A stretch of 43,656 nt of DNA from a virus (IMGVR_UViG_3300033076_000794:1-43656), one strand, 5' to 3'; counted from the first letter of the stretch, positions 17,901 to 27,934 are shown. The notes: generated from the letters alone by a model not told the origin. Numbers and translations are program-made.

Positions 17901-20900
17901 CCGTACATCTCCTTGAGCGTTGGCAAGGACAGCTTATTGCCGTCGATGTTTGCCTGCTCTGCCGCCCTCCGAACCATGCGGTTCGCGTCATCAGGAATGA
18001 TCAAATCACCGTGGCGCAGGAACTGATCGGCACGGTAGACGCGCTCAGCCAAAACCGCGGCTTCAATCTCGCTTCGGATCTCCGCGCGCTTCTCCGCCGC
18101 TTCGGCCTGCAGGCGCTTTAACTCGCGCCCCTTGGCATTACGCAACCATTTCATGTCGCCGAGCGCCTTGGCTTGCAGATCGGCAACCGCCTGATCGGTT
18201 GCCTCGCGCCCCAGCTCAAGATGCCGCGCCCATTCATCCGGCGTCATGCCGGCCTGATCTGCGCCAGCAAAAGCAGACACCATAGCGCGGCCTTTTTGAG
18301 CCTGCTGGATCTGCTCGTCAGTGGCCAGCATCCGATCAAACACGCCGCGCACATCGTCCGTCAGGGTGACGTCAAGCGATGCGATCGACTTGTAGACGTA
18401 CAGCAGCCACGACCTGAACCGGTTGAAGACCCCCTGAAGCTCCGCGCTTGGAGCTTTGCCTTCAAACAGGTATTTCTCAAAGCCGACAGCAAACTGCTCG
18501 TGGGCCGGACGCTTTTCCTCCAGGCTCATGGCTTGCCACGCGGCAAGATCGGGCACGCCAAACCAGGCCAGCAGGGCGGCCATGTCATCACGAACCACCT
18601 GCGGCGCCCCGTCTTTGGCAGCCACGTCGGTTAGGATTTCGAGAAATGCATGCGCAGACTCGTGAAGGAACGTGCTGAGATCAGCGTCTTTCAGGAGAGC
18701 GATTGTTCTGGTGTCGGGGTTGAATGCTCCGCGCGCGCCCTGATTGAAAACGCTTGCCGCCCCTGGATGATAGCCCCATTCGTTGACGCTGTTCCCATCA
18801 GTAAATAAATCCCGAGCCTTGACAACATATTCCTCAATGCTTTCTGCGCCAACCGCTTCGGCATGATCTTCCGCGTATTCCCTGGTGGGAGAAACCCAAT
18901 CACCAGCCCTGAGCGCAGATCCGCGAGGCGCCGCTCTATACACAACAACGTCGGCATCAGGGTTGCCAAACGCTGCCCGGAGCGATGAAATCGCGGCCTC
19001 GTCCGATCGCAGCCCATCAGGATCTGCCGGGCCGCTGTACTCCGCAATGCTGACGCCGTTATGCGGACCCGGCGCCAAGTGCCGCATGTCAGACTCTTTG
19101 GCAAGCCCAATTGCTTCAGGGGCTTTTGACGCCTCGTCTTCTTTCCTTTGGGCAATCGCATCAAGTTCGTCGGCGCGTTTGCGCAAATCGGCCGCCTTGG
19201 ATTCATCCTCGGTTTTGTCGGCGCGCTTTCGCAAGATTCTTGCCTGCGCCCGCTCGGCCTCGCCTTGGTTGAACGCAGCGCCTATCGCCTGGCCGTCATT
19301 CGCAAGCCTGATCGGGTTTGCCTGGAACGCCTGCTCAGCCGTTTGCCCGGTCTTTTCGCCAAGCACGCGGTAGAAGCTGGCCACCATGTCGGCGTATGCG
19401 CCGTTGGCCTTTTTGTCAAAACGGCCGAGTGTATTGAGCTGCTCGGCAATCGCGTTGCGCACTGACTCTGCGGACTGGTCGGCCTCCGCCCTTCCGGATG
19501 ACTCGCCGAGGATCTGCTCCACTTCCTGCCGCAACACATCGCCGTTTTTGCTCTGGTAGTCGCGGGCCTCGGCCGGCGTGAAGTCGCCCGGCTGCTCGCG
19601 GGTGTGGTCAATCACTTGCTGGGCAAGATCAGACCGCAGGATTGTGGCGACCATTTCAGACGCCGGAACGCGAATGTCGGCGCCGGTGACGGCTGCTTCT
19701 TGAAGCTGCTCGGCCACCGAAGGGGAAACGCCTGCAAGCTGCTCTGCGACGCCCGACTGCATCAGCGCCCGAGAGTCAATGTAAAACTCCTGGCCCGGTG
19801 ACTCTTGCGCAACCTCGGTGATGAATTGCTCAAACGCATCAGGGTTTCGTTGGGCGACCTTGCTTGCCTTGGTCGCTTGCTCAAGCGCGGCCAGTCGCTC
19901 GCCTGTCTTTTGCGCAGCATCGGCGCCTCGCTGTATTTCGCGGATCCGCCCAGCCGATGCGCTGACGACCTCGCCAGGCGTTCCAAAGAACTCGCCAAAC
20001 GCTTCCGCCAGGATCTCGCCAGGCTTGAGATCTTGACCCGATGCAATCTGGCCACCGGCTTCGCCAGCGGCGCCAAGCGCGGCCTGAATGGGGGTCTGCA
20101 TGGCGATGTTTGCCATTTGCTTGGCCAATGGCGCACCGACCAGCTTTGCAGCTGCGGCCTTTGGAAGCAGCGTTTTCCCTGCCAGCCCGCCGGAAAGCGC
20201 ATCAAACGCACCGACTACTGCGGCATGCTTGCCAGCCTGCTCGGTGATCTTGGCCAGCACCTCAGGGTTTCGAAGGCCTTGGCGGATCGCATCAGGGCTG
20301 CCGGTGTCAATACCGGCCCCTTGCATGGCCTCGACCAGCGACGACGCGTAATCGGTCAGGAAAGAGCCTGCGCCCATCGCCCCGGCCGCACCTGCCGGGC
20401 CTGCAGCAAACCCAGCCGGAACCGCTGCGGCAAGCCCTGGCAGGCTTTGCACCATCGACTCCGGGCCGATCGATGCGATGAACTTTGCGGGCGCCTGCCC
20501 AAATTGCTGAAACGCCTCGCCAAACGTCTTGGCGCCCATTACCTTGTCGACGACGCCAGGCAGCTGGATTGCTTGTCGCTCCTTTTGCAGGCCTACAAAC
20601 TCGCTTGCGGATTGTGCGACAGCCTCTTGCATTGCCGGCTCGTAGCGCTTGCGCATGGCCTGGCGCTGCAGCGGGTTTGCGTTGGCGTAGCTGACGCCGA
20701 CTGCCCCCAACTTTGCAACGTCTGGCGTTCGCCCAGCAGCAATCTCTGCATCCACGTAGTCGAGCTGCTGCAGGCCGGCAGATTGATCGACCATCCGCAA
20801 GGCTGGGAGCTGCGACTTCAGCGCCGGCACACCGCGCTTGAACGATCGAACCATCGTCTCAAGCAGGCCCAAGTTATCGACGTCATCATGGGCAATCTTT

Positions 20901-21202
20901 GCGTTGTTCTGATCGCTCAGCCATTGCGCCACGGCAGGCGAGTCCTGCAGCACCGCGTCAAACTTGTCGAGCGATGCGCGCCGCTGAACGTCTTGCATGT
21001 TGCGCTCAACAACGTCCGCAGGCAGGCCGGTTTGCTTGCCAAGCTGCTGAGCCCGCGCGGCAACCTCGGGGTTTGCCAGCAGCGCCCCGTACAGCGATGA
21101 GCGCAACTGCGTGCGCTGCCCATCAACAGCCGCAGATGCCGCGCGGTCAAACGGGTCTTTGCTGCCAGCGACAGCGGATGCTGCCTTGTCGAAATCCGTC
21201 AT
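14981..21202 (-). CDS. large internal virion (ejection) protein with polyvalent domains
   Basis: 2073 aa at the gp16-like position; zincin-like ADLSTFLHESAHAFL; internal VYRA...GDWVS...YA..H...EWGY module. Confidence 0.85.
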   Translation of the reverse strand: MTDFDKAASAVAGSKDPFDRAASAAVDGQRTQLRSSLYGALLANPEVAARAQQLGKQTGLPADVVERNMQDVQRRASLDKFDAVLQDSPAVAQWLSDQNNAKIAHDDVDNLGLLETMVRSFKRGVPALKSQLPALRMVDQSAGLQQLDYVDAEIAAGRTPDVAKLGAVGVSYANANPLQRQAMRKRYEPAMQEAVAQSASEFVGLQKERQAIQLPGVVDKVMGAKTFGEAFQQFGQAPAKFIASIGPESMVQSLPGLAAAVPAGFAAGPAGAAGAMGAGSFLTDYASSLVEAMQGAGIDTGSPDAIRQGLRNPEVLAKITEQAGKHAAVVGAFDALSGGLAGKTLLPKAAAAKLVGAPLAKQMANIAMQTPIQAALGAAGEAGGQIASGQDLKPGEILAEAFGEFFGTPGEVVSASAGRIREIQRGADAAQKTGERLAALEQATKASKVAQRNPDAFEQFITEVAQESPGQEFYIDSRALMQSGVAEQLAGVSPSVAEQLQEAAVTGADIRVPASEMVATILRSDLAQQVIDHTREQPGDFTPAEARDYQSKNGDVLRQEVEQILGESSGRAEADQSAESVRNAIAEQLNTLGRFDKKANGAYADMVASFYRVLGEKTGQTAEQAFQANPIRLANDGQAIGAAFNQGEAERAQARILRKRADKTEDESKAADLRKRADELDAIAQRKEDEASKAPEAIGLAKESDMRHLAPGPHNGVSIAEYSGPADPDGLRSDEAAISSLRAAFGNPDADVVVYRAAPRGSALRAGDWVSPTREYAEDHAEAVGAESIEEYVVKARDLFTDGNSVNEWGYHPGAASVFNQGARGAFNPDTRTIALLKDADLSTFLHESAHAFLEILTDVAAKDGAPQVVRDDMAALLAWFGVPDLAAWQAMSLEEKRPAHEQFAVGFEKYLFEGKAPSAELQGVFNRFRSWLLYVYKSIASLDVTLTDDVRGVFDRMLATDEQIQQAQKGRAMVSAFAGADQAGMTPDEWARHLELGREATDQAVADLQAKALGDMKWLRNAKGRELKRLQAEAAEKRAEIRSEIEAAVLAERVYRADQFLRHGDLIIPDDANRMVRRAAEQANIDGNKLSLPTLKEMYGEEANAIWRYLPTGKTGLAAKQGMHPDMVADLFGYSSGDEMVRELLAAEPIEDTIEARTDVAMLERFGELSTPDAIEREADRAIYNEARARFVSREVDAMAQATGGRRVLLSAAKEFAQALIARRKIADIRPGQFGAAAMRASRNAMAAMRKGDTATAAAEKRAELVNTLAVKEAYDAQAEVEKGLKYLRKFEGAEIRKDIGADAGDQIDAMLERFDLRKSTPIKAAAERKALSEWIAAQREAGIEPDIDQGLINEAERRPYKDLTVEEFRGLVDAARQIETIGRNARRLLTADQQKTYEEARDEIVAGVIENSRGRIADSRTPYTEMGRWAQKLRQFGAAHIKAAMVARVLDGGNDGGPVWEYLVRGANERGDMETTMRAKATEQLAAVLAPVRKLGKMGGKGVWFPSISRSLNRESRLAIALNAGNASNMQRLLDGEGWTQAQIMPVLQSLTAQEWAAVQSIWDHFEQYRPMIAEKERRVYGKEPNWIDPQPFELTAADGVVIKIKGGYYPVKYDPAASQRAEQFADAEEAKAMMQGAFTSSTTRRSFTKGRAEQVVGRPLLYNLSGVYSGVNEVIHDLAWHEWLIDANKLLRSHSIDQAIRSTYGPEYKAQLKTWVQAIAEGDKGSSDAVDAAVSVLRQNVSVGGLGFNLMSAAMQPLGLTQSIVRVGATWVGRGMAAYVANPAKASREAREKSAFMANRARTRFRELNELRNQVQDQTAAKELMGRYAYFFMMKAQAMVDVPTWHGAYEKAIAGGNDEARAVALADQAVIDSQGGGQTKDLSAIERGGPVQKLFTVFYSFMNTALNLGVGQVMTAKSKAKLAADMLLIYSVPAVFGSLLKDALTPGDDDWDEEKLARKLAADQVSYLMGMVVIGREFSEVAKIVTGDEGARDYQGPAGLRMVVDVMKFAKQSMQGEFDDAFRKAAINLLGDLFGLPSGQINKTITGSVALAEGKTDNPFAVALGYRDSK

Positions 21203-22863
21203 TGGTAGACCGCCTTCAACGTGTCTTCAATTTGCTTTTGCGTCGGGTTTGCAATGCCTTGGCGCTTGAGCGCAGCCTCGGCTTTCCGCTTGTCCGCATC
21301 GGAGTATGTCGGCGTGAACGGCTTGCCCTCCGCGCTGGCTTCGTATGCGCGCCGGCTTGATGTTCCAAAAAACGTTCCCGGGACCGTTCCTTCAACAACA
21401 AGCCTATCAAGCTCCGCCTGTCTTTGGTCTTGGGTGAGCGGCTTCCCCGCAGCCTGCTGGGCGCGAAACAGTGCGGCGTTTGCCTCCATCATGAACGTCC
21501 CTGCCTTTTCGTCTTTCAGCTTCAACGTCTTAACCATGGCGCTGATCTGCTGCCCAACGCCAACAACCTCAACGTTGTCCTTTCCAGGCTTTAGGATGGA
21601 CGATTGCAGGTCGATGAAGTGCTTTCTGTCCCCAGGCGAAAGCCGGTCAAAATACCCGCGCAGATCTTCCTTTTGGAAGTTATTCGTGTCGGTAGCGGCC
21701 GCCATGCTTAGCGCGTAATACACGCTTGGATCGGTCTTGACCTCAGAGCGCTGTTGCCGCGCCTCGGCGTCAGCTCTTGCAGCCCTGCGCAGCGACTCAA
21801 GATCGCGCCCGTCCATCGCGGCCAAGACCGTCGGCGGGATCTTCCCAAGGCTTCCTGTCGTAGCGTAGATCCTCCAGGCCTGATCGCCGGCATCCTTTTG
21901 GCCGCGCTCACGCAAAGCGACGCGCTCACCGTCGAGGGCCTTGATGCGCGTGACAATGGCGTCTTCCTCTTTGCCAGAGTGCTTTTGGCGGGCAAGCTGC
22001 AGCGCTTTTTGCGCATCGCCGCCAGCCTCGGCCAACAGGCTTTCCGTTGCTGTCTGAGTCTTGGCCTCAAACTCGCCAGCATCGAGAGTGCGCGTCAGCT
22101 GCAGCCGCGCCTGCGGAGTAAGCTCGGCGTTGTTTTGCTTCATGTACTCGCGAGCGAAATTCAGCTTTCCGCCGTCGATTGCCGCGGCCATCACGCTCGC
22201 GTGCCCCGGCGACAGCGCCTCAATGGTTGCCGCAACCGTCTGCTGGCCGGACCACCCGCGCAGGCGCCCCTGCTCGGCAACGGCTGCCTTTATGGCGCGC
22301 ACGGATTGCCCAACCGCCTCCGGGTTAAAAGGGTCAAGCGCCATCTGGTCGCGCGAAACCTTCACCGTCCCGTCTGCAACGCTGCTTTGGTATTCGTTAA
22401 ACTCCTTGGCGACATGCTGGTTAAGGTCGGCGCCAAACTGGCTGCGCAGCTTTTGCGCATGCAGCTGGAAGGCCTGCTTTTGCGCATCATTCCCAAGCGT
22501 CGATTCGATCGACCGGATGGCATCGTCAAACTTTTCGCCGTACTCGGCATCTAGGGCTTTGCCGCCTGGCCGCGTAAGCGCCGCGTCTCCGCGCAGATTT
22601 TGATAGCCGGCGTCTTTGTCAAATGTCAGCCTCAGCCGAGCTTCAACGGCCTTGTTCATGGCGTCGTTAAGACGCACCTGATTGGCTTGGTTGGCGACGT
22701 CAAGCTGAATGCGCTGCAACTCTCCGCCGGCCGACTGCAGCGCAGCCCCCATTTGCGCCGATTGACGCGGCCCAAAATTGTCGACTTGGGGCGATGCGAT
22801 TGGGCTGGCACTGATCCCGGCCTGCTGAACTGCAAAAGCGTCTTGCGTAGGAACGCGCGGCAT
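21199..22863 (-). CDS. internal virion protein
   Basis: MPRVPT start, helical Ala/Gln-rich; synteny with podovirus ejection proteins. Confidence 0.8.
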   Translation of the reverse strand: MPRVPTQDAFAVQQAGISASPIASPQVDNFGPRQSAQMGAALQSAGGELQRIQLDVANQANQVRLNDAMNKAVEARLRLTFDKDAGYQNLRGDAALTRPGGKALDAEYGEKFDDAIRSIESTLGNDAQKQAFQLHAQKLRSQFGADLNQHVAKEFNEYQSSVADGTVKVSRDQMALDPFNPEAVGQSVRAIKAAVAEQGRLRGWSGQQTVAATIEALSPGHASVMAAAIDGGKLNFAREYMKQNNAELTPQARLQLTRTLDAGEFEAKTQTATESLLAEAGGDAQKALQLARQKHSGKEEDAIVTRIKALDGERVALRERGQKDAGDQAWRIYATTGSLGKIPPTVLAAMDGRDLESLRRAARADAEARQQRSEVKTDPSVYYALSMAAATDTNNFQKEDLRGYFDRLSPGDRKHFIDLQSSILKPGKDNVEVVGVGQQISAMVKTLKLKDEKAGTFMMEANAALFRAQQAAGKPLTQDQRQAELDRLVVEGTVPGTFFGTSSRRAYEASAEGKPFTPTYSDADKRKAEAALKRQGIANPTQKQIEDTLKAVYQ

Positions 22864-23442
22864 TTAATCCCCCGATCCGCCTGTGCCACCAAAAAATGAA
22901 TCGAGCCTCGGCCCGAACGACCTAGGCTGTTGCGCAACCCCGGCTTTTTGCTGCTGATACCACGAGCTTGAAAGCTGGCCGCTACTGCCTATCAGGCTTG
23001 TCACAGCCGCCATCACCGGGCTTATTGTGCTTGCAGATGCTCTGGCGCTTCTTGCTTGGTTTTGCAAGCCGACAGCCTGGGACCGGTAACCGAACGCAGA
23101 CTTTACGGCGTTTGCAGCAACCGTGTTTGCGTCTGACTCGGTAAAGTAATCGGAGCTTGTCAGGATCTGCTGCGCCGTGCCGCTGGTCATATCAACGCCA
23201 TTGGCCGCCATTGATGCCCGCTGCGCCCCTTTGAGCGACGCGCCACGAAGCCGAACGGATTGCTCTTCACGCTGGCCGCGCAAGATCTCGTTTTGCGCGC
23301 CAAGCTCGGCAATCCCCGCGTTGATGTCAGCCATTCGCCCCTGTGATTGCAAGGCGCTTTTCTGGCTGGCCGCGCCGAAGTATGCGCTTGTGGCGTTAAA
23401 GCCTGCGCCTGCCGCCTGCATGGCGATTGGTGCTGTGCTCAT
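22864..23442 (-). CDS. internal virion protein (gp14-like)
   Basis: G.QRASMAANGVDMTSGT motif; synteny. Confidence 0.8.
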   Translation of the reverse strand: MSTAPIAMQAAGAGFNATSAYFGAASQKSALQSQGRMADINAGIAELGAQNEILRGQREEQSVRLRGASLKGAQRASMAANGVDMTSGTAQQILTSSDYFTESDANTVAANAVKSAFGYRSQAVGLQNQARSARASASTISPVMAAVTSLIGSSGQLSSSWYQQQKAGVAQQPRSFGPRLDSFFGGTGGSGD

Positions 23443-23464
23443 GTGATTCCTTTTGGCCTAAATC

Positions 23465-25537
23465 TTACCCGCCGATGGCGACCTCAAGCGTTAAGCTGAC
23501 CACCTTCAGCGGCAAAGGATCGGCGTGCCGCACGCACACCGCCCCATCTGACCCCCACGACGGGGAGATTGGCAACTGCGTTTCCACCGTCTTCAACTCC
23601 GGCGCCGATCCATACGGTTCGTTTGTGCGCCACTTAGCTTCGGTCAGGTGCTCAAAGTCAGGGCCGATATGAAAACCTGCTGACTGGTGCGCCCGCAGCC
23701 ATGCCTTGTTGACGTTCTTTGTCCGCCCTGCGCCAAACGCCGCATCAATCTGAGCGACGACCGGCATGGTTTGCAGATCTGCGGTAATTGGCAGGCCGAT
23801 GATTGCCAGTGAGGCAACGCGATCAAGCGTCACTTGGCCACCGGTAACGGTTTTTCTTGGGCGAACGGCCCCGTCACCAAGAATCGCGACTTCCTTGCCC
23901 TCAAGATGGCCAAGCCCCGAGATCGTCGACGCTGGCGCCCCGGAATACGTCAGGCCCGAATCAACAAAAAACCCCGACGTCCTTGACTCAACCCGACCGG
24001 CCATGCGCTCAACGTAACGCGCAACAGCGCCGCCTATTGTCCTGCGCACGACAGCGTAGAGAACATCCTCTTCCCCCTCCGCCACAGCGGCCACGGACTC
24101 AAAATAACCGCCTTCTGTGTCGTGCCAGTGCCAGGCGCCGATCTGTTGCTCTGGCACGTATGTCAGGCCCAGAAGCCGGCCGTTTGACGACACAAACCAG
24201 CAGATCGGGACAGGGGCTTTTGAATAGGCTGAGTCAACGATTGTGAGCCCGTCAAACAGGTGCTGACTTCTCAGGCTAAGGTCGCCGGTCACAAACCCGT
24301 TTGCCTGCCAGTTGTAGGCCAGTTCGCGCACATGCCCGCCGCGCGCAGCGCAAAACAGCATCGAGTTGTTGACAATGATTGGCCGCACGGAGCTTGCACC
24401 AACATAGCTCTGCGGCTTGAGGCTGATCGATGTTGGCGTGATGGCGTCACTGCTGACCGACGTAACGCGCCACTCTGCCGAGTTGGTCAGAAGCACCAAG
24501 TTTGAGAGCGGCACGATGTGCCGGATCTGATTCAGATCGCGCGCCGAAAGCTTGACAGAAATAGCATCATCGTCCCTGGCCGGGATGGAGTAGGTCAGGT
24601 TCTTTTCAGTCCCGCTGCGTGTCATCCAAAGCGACTGCGGCTGCCCGTATGTCCCAGCAAAGCACCGGCGCTGTTCGTAGTAGCTGACCGCTGCCGGCCA
24701 GCTTCCAGAACCACCGATCGAAACCGGCGGATAAAACGGAACCGCCCCCTCTGGGGGCGTCTTGCCAATGTCGGCCGTGATGTTGTCGTCTTTGAAAGAC
24801 GTGCCGTCAGTCTGGCCGATGTACCCGTACAGGCCGTTGCTTTCCTTGTAGACGTTGTAGCGCTTGGCATTTGTGACGGCCGACCACGACACCGTATTGT
24901 AAGCGCCGGTCTGCAGCAAATTGTTGCTGCACGTCGCAGCGGCACTCGTTGCTGACTCGTCGCTCTGAACCTCGCCGACCGCTGAAATTTTGTAGGAGTA
25001 CGTTACCAGGCCCGTCGGGCTTGGCGCCGTCGTTGCCGTGGCCGCCTGGCCAGTTGGCGCGCCGAGCGACGACCCAAACACGATGTCAGAAAACTGCCAG
25101 TTTGTCGCGCCAAGCCTGCGCAACTCGGCGGGCGGGTACTTGCGGTGCGTCAGCGTCAGCACGTCGTTGCTTTGCTCGAAGCAGATGTCAAACAAGTCTG
25201 CTTCGTCGTAGCTGTTTGCAACCTCATAGGGCGACCCGCCATTCATCACGGTCGCGCCCGCTGTGTGGAACCGGAAATACCCGGCGCCAAGCTCAATCAC
25301 AAAAGTCTGATCCGGGCTGAATGAGAACGGCAGAAGCCGCGTCTTTTTGGACGGTGTTTTGACCGATCGCACAAACGCGGTGCCAGCCCGGTTTGCCGCC
25401 GGCCCGTGCGGCATGGCGATGAAATTGCGCATGCGCTGAAGGCCTGATGCGTATTTGGCATCGCTGATCAGGCCGAACATTTCAGGCGACAGTTCCCCGC
25501 CGTTAAAACTGCGCTGTAGTTGCTTGACGTTAGCCAT
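23465..25537 (-). CDS. tail tubular protein B (nozzle)
   Basis: QRSFNGGELSP...RNFIAMPHGPAANRAGT; YYEQRRCFAG; AWHWHDT. Confidence 0.9.
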   Translation of the reverse strand: MANVKQLQRSFNGGELSPEMFGLISDAKYASGLQRMRNFIAMPHGPAANRAGTAFVRSVKTPSKKTRLLPFSFSPDQTFVIELGAGYFRFHTAGATVMNGGSPYEVANSYDEADLFDICFEQSNDVLTLTHRKYPPAELRRLGATNWQFSDIVFGSSLGAPTGQAATATTAPSPTGLVTYSYKISAVGEVQSDESATSAAATCSNNLLQTGAYNTVSWSAVTNAKRYNVYKESNGLYGYIGQTDGTSFKDDNITADIGKTPPEGAVPFYPPVSIGGSGSWPAAVSYYEQRRCFAGTYGQPQSLWMTRSGTEKNLTYSIPARDDDAISVKLSARDLNQIRHIVPLSNLVLLTNSAEWRVTSVSSDAITPTSISLKPQSYVGASSVRPIIVNNSMLFCAARGGHVRELAYNWQANGFVTGDLSLRSQHLFDGLTIVDSAYSKAPVPICWFVSSNGRLLGLTYVPEQQIGAWHWHDTEGGYFESVAAVAEGEEDVLYAVVRRTIGGAVARYVERMAGRVESRTSGFFVDSGLTYSGAPASTISGLGHLEGKEVAILGDGAVRPRKTVTGGQVTLDRVASLAIIGLPITADLQTMPVVAQIDAAFGAGRTKNVNKAWLRAHQSAGFHIGPDFEHLTEAKWRTNEPYGSAPELKTVETQLPISPSWGSDGAVCVRHADPLPLKVVSLTLEVAIGG

Positions 25538-26163
25538 CAGCGCCCCGCAATCCAGGGTGCAACATGCGCCGGCAAAATGCGCCGCTGATTGGCGTCGGAC
25601 TCCTTGGCCTTCCCGATGTAATACTGAGCCATGCCCTGGCAGCGCTTTGCCTCTGCCGCACCGACATCGCCCTTGATGATCGGGCCAGCAAGCATTGACG
25701 ACAGATGCCAAGACAGCGCGGCCACAAACAGTGGTGTGAATTTTGTGGGGTCGCTTACTTGGGCCGTGTATCGAAGCACGGCCGAAGCGCAATCGGTGAC
25801 GATAATTTGCCGGCCTTGGTCGTCAACTTCCATGGCGTAGGGCTGCGGGACAAACGGCAGCGTGCCTTCGCTGTAGTCATCCGTTGCGACAGTGGGCAGA
25901 ACCTCAAGGATGTTGACTGCATCGGCCGGCGCGGCATAGGCATACGACCATTGCGGCCAAGCGATCGAGACGGCAGCCAGCGCGACGCGCTTGGTTGCAA
26001 ACCCCCACGCGTGCATCTCCTGCAGCGTGTCGCGAGCAATCGGGTAAAACCGAGCGCAGTGCTCGGCTTGGATTGACCCTTCGGGCGGTGAAAGGCTTGA
26101 AACCGTCGCCGCGTCGCCAAGATTGGCAAGCGCAAGATTGCAGATGTCGACTTCTGACGCCAT
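25537..26163 (-). CDS. tail tubular protein A (adaptor)
   Basis: MASEVDICNLALANLG...HAWGFATKRVAL...FTPLFVAALSWHL. Confidence 0.9.
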   Translation of the reverse strand: MASEVDICNLALANLGDAATVSSLSPPEGSIQAEHCARFYPIARDTLQEMHAWGFATKRVALAAVSIAWPQWSYAYAAPADAVNILEVLPTVATDDYSEGTLPFVPQPYAMEVDDQGRQIIVTDCASAVLRYTAQVSDPTKFTPLFVAALSWHLSSMLAGPIIKGDVGAAEAKRCQGMAQYYIGKAKESDANQRRILPAHVAPWIAGR

Positions 26164-26177
26164 TTGACCACCACAAC

Positions 26178-26204
26178 AAAAAGGGCCGACCCGAAGGCCA
26201 GCCC
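26178..26204 (-). terminator. rho-independent terminator after the capsid genes
   Basis: Minus strand GGGCTGGCC-TTCG-GGTCGGCCC-TTTTT. Confidence 0.8.
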
Positions 26205-26229
26205 AAGCTACTACAGGGAGGAGACAACC

Positions 26230-26412
26230 TTAACCGGGCTCGCCAGCATCATCGCCGTCTTGCCGCTTCGGCGGGCGACCTCGGCGGCGTTCGGGCTCAT
26301 CTTCAATGACGGGCTTGAACCACGTCGCTTTTGACCCTTCCGGCACCTCGAATTCCTCGCCTTCCTCGCGGAAGTATTGGAAAAACCCGGGCGCCTTGGC
26401 AACGACACGCAT
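26230..26412 (-). CDS. small virion-associated hypothetical protein
   Basis: MRVVAKAPGFF...GEEFEVP...WF; RRGRPPK. Confidence 0.75.
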   Translation of the reverse strand: MRVVAKAPGFFQYFREEGEEFEVPEGSKATWFKPVIEDEPERRRGRPPKRQDGDDAGEPG

Positions 26413-26421
26413 ACCGCCCCC

Positions 26422-26859
26422 TTACTGAACGGTGAAGCCGCTCGGCCGTGCAATGTTTCGCTGCACATCAGACGAGATGTAAGCATCCACCTTGCCAGCC
26501 GTCATTGCAGCCGTGGCGACGCGATAGGCGATCCGGATGTATTGGCGTAAGCCCAGTGGAGGGCAGGCCTGCAGCAGAACAGCGCCGGCGGTTGCGCTGG
26601 CCACCGGAACCACCGGACCGGCCAGCACATCAGCGAACGTGCTGTTGTCGGCCGAGTCCTGCAAAACAGCCTGAATCGTCGCCGATCCGCCAGAAGTGAA
26701 AGTCGTGTTGACGACAGCGTTGATCCAGTGAGCGTCGGCCAGGCCAAAATCAGACGCTGCCGCAAAGTCCTGGCCGTACACGTTGGTCGAAGCGGTGTCA
26801 CCGGTCGACGTGACAGCCTGGGCCACGGAAAATTTCGCTTGATTGTCGAGCATACCCAT
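26422..26859 (-). CDS. capsid cement/decoration protein (Bbp16-like)
   Basis: FS.AQAVT...ASTNV...LQDSADNSTF...YIRIAY.V..MTAGKV.A; directly after capsid. Confidence 0.85.
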   Translation of the reverse strand: MGMLDNQAKFSVAQAVTSTGDTASTNVYGQDFAAASDFGLADAHWINAVVNTTFTSGGSATIQAVLQDSADNSTFADVLAGPVVPVASATAGAVLLQACPPLGLRQYIRIAYRVATAAMTAGKVDAYISSDVQRNIARPSGFTVQ

Positions 26860-26869
26860 GCTGATCCCC

Positions 26870-27934
26870 TTAGACGACGCGAGCTTCGGTAGCCAGGATC
26901 TGATCGACCGTCAGCACCGGAACGCCCATAAACTTCAGCTGACCGCCGCTGATGCCAGTGCCAGACCCCGCAACAGAGCCAGGGGCCACCGTCCCGTGCT
27001 GATTCAAACCTTCAGTGAACGACAGCGCGTTCTGCGACTTGTCCAGCGCGCCGATCGACAGCATTTCTTTCACCGTGCGCGACGCCAAAAACATCGGCGT
27101 GCCCATACCCATCGACGGGATGCGCGCCATTGCCTTGATCATCAGCTTGTTCAGCCACGTCGCGGCCGTAATAGCCTGCGTGCCGGTTTGCCCGACCAGG
27201 TCGCTGACATCGATGTTGGCAATCCGCACGGCGTAGCGCCAGTCTTTGACGTGCAGGCCAAATTTCCATTTCCACAGCTCGGCCAGGGCGCGGTACTTGT
27301 CGTTGTTCTCGTCGAACGCGTCGATCTCGCCCAGGTCTTGTTGCTGCAAGCCGGCTTGCGACCCCTTGGGGTAGATACCGGTGATCGTGTTCGGGCCAGC
27401 GACCAGCAGCCACACCGACGTATTGTCGGAGCCAGAACCACCGGCATCAATGATGTTTGCGCCAGACTGCGCCGACAGCGAGTTGTATCGCGGCGTCAGG
27501 CCCAGGATGCCATCCGGGTCTTTTGCCGTATCGCCATACAGGAACTGATTGCAGAACTTCTGGTTCATTGCCTCCACGAACGCCAGCGCTTCCGAATATC
27601 GGAACTGCGCTGCATTGCCGTTCAGGTTGGCCAGATCAACGTCGATTTCGCTGCGACCTTCGGCCATGGCGCAAACGTCTTCGATCGTCGCGCGGCCGCC
27701 TTTCGAGGGCTTTACGCCCTTGTAGAAGCTGCGCATGGTCACCGTTGGCAGGCCGGCGCGCACCGAAGCCTTGTGGCCGGTCGGCAGATTGCCTTCAATG
27801 AAGTTCATGTAAGACAGCATTTCGTTGCTCTGGTTGAGCAACTCGGCCACCGTCATGACCTTACCGTCCGGGCCGAAGCTCCGGGCGACATCGATCAGGG
27901 TATTGCGGCCGGTGAGCGTGGGCAAAGTCGCCAT
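26870..27934 (-). CDS. major capsid protein (BPP-1 Bbp17-like, HK97 fold)
   Basis: ELLNQSNEML...EGNLPTGH...R.GLP..R...GLTPRY...DAGGSGSDNTSVWL...DWRYAVRIANID. Confidence 0.93.
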   Translation of the reverse strand: MATLPTLTGRNTLIDVARSFGPDGKVMTVAELLNQSNEMLSYMNFIEGNLPTGHKASVRAGLPTVTMRSFYKGVKPSKGGRATIEDVCAMAEGRSEIDVDLANLNGNAAQFRYSEALAFVEAMNQKFCNQFLYGDTAKDPDGILGLTPRYNSLSAQSGANIIDAGGSGSDNTSVWLLVAGPNTITGIYPKGSQAGLQQQDLGEIDAFDENNDKYRALAELWKWKFGLHVKDWRYAVRIANIDVSDLVGQTGTQAITAATWLNKLMIKAMARIPSMGMGTPMFLASRTVKEMLSIGALDKSQNALSFTEGLNQHGTVAPGSVAGSGTGISGGQLKFMGVPVLTVDQILATEARVV

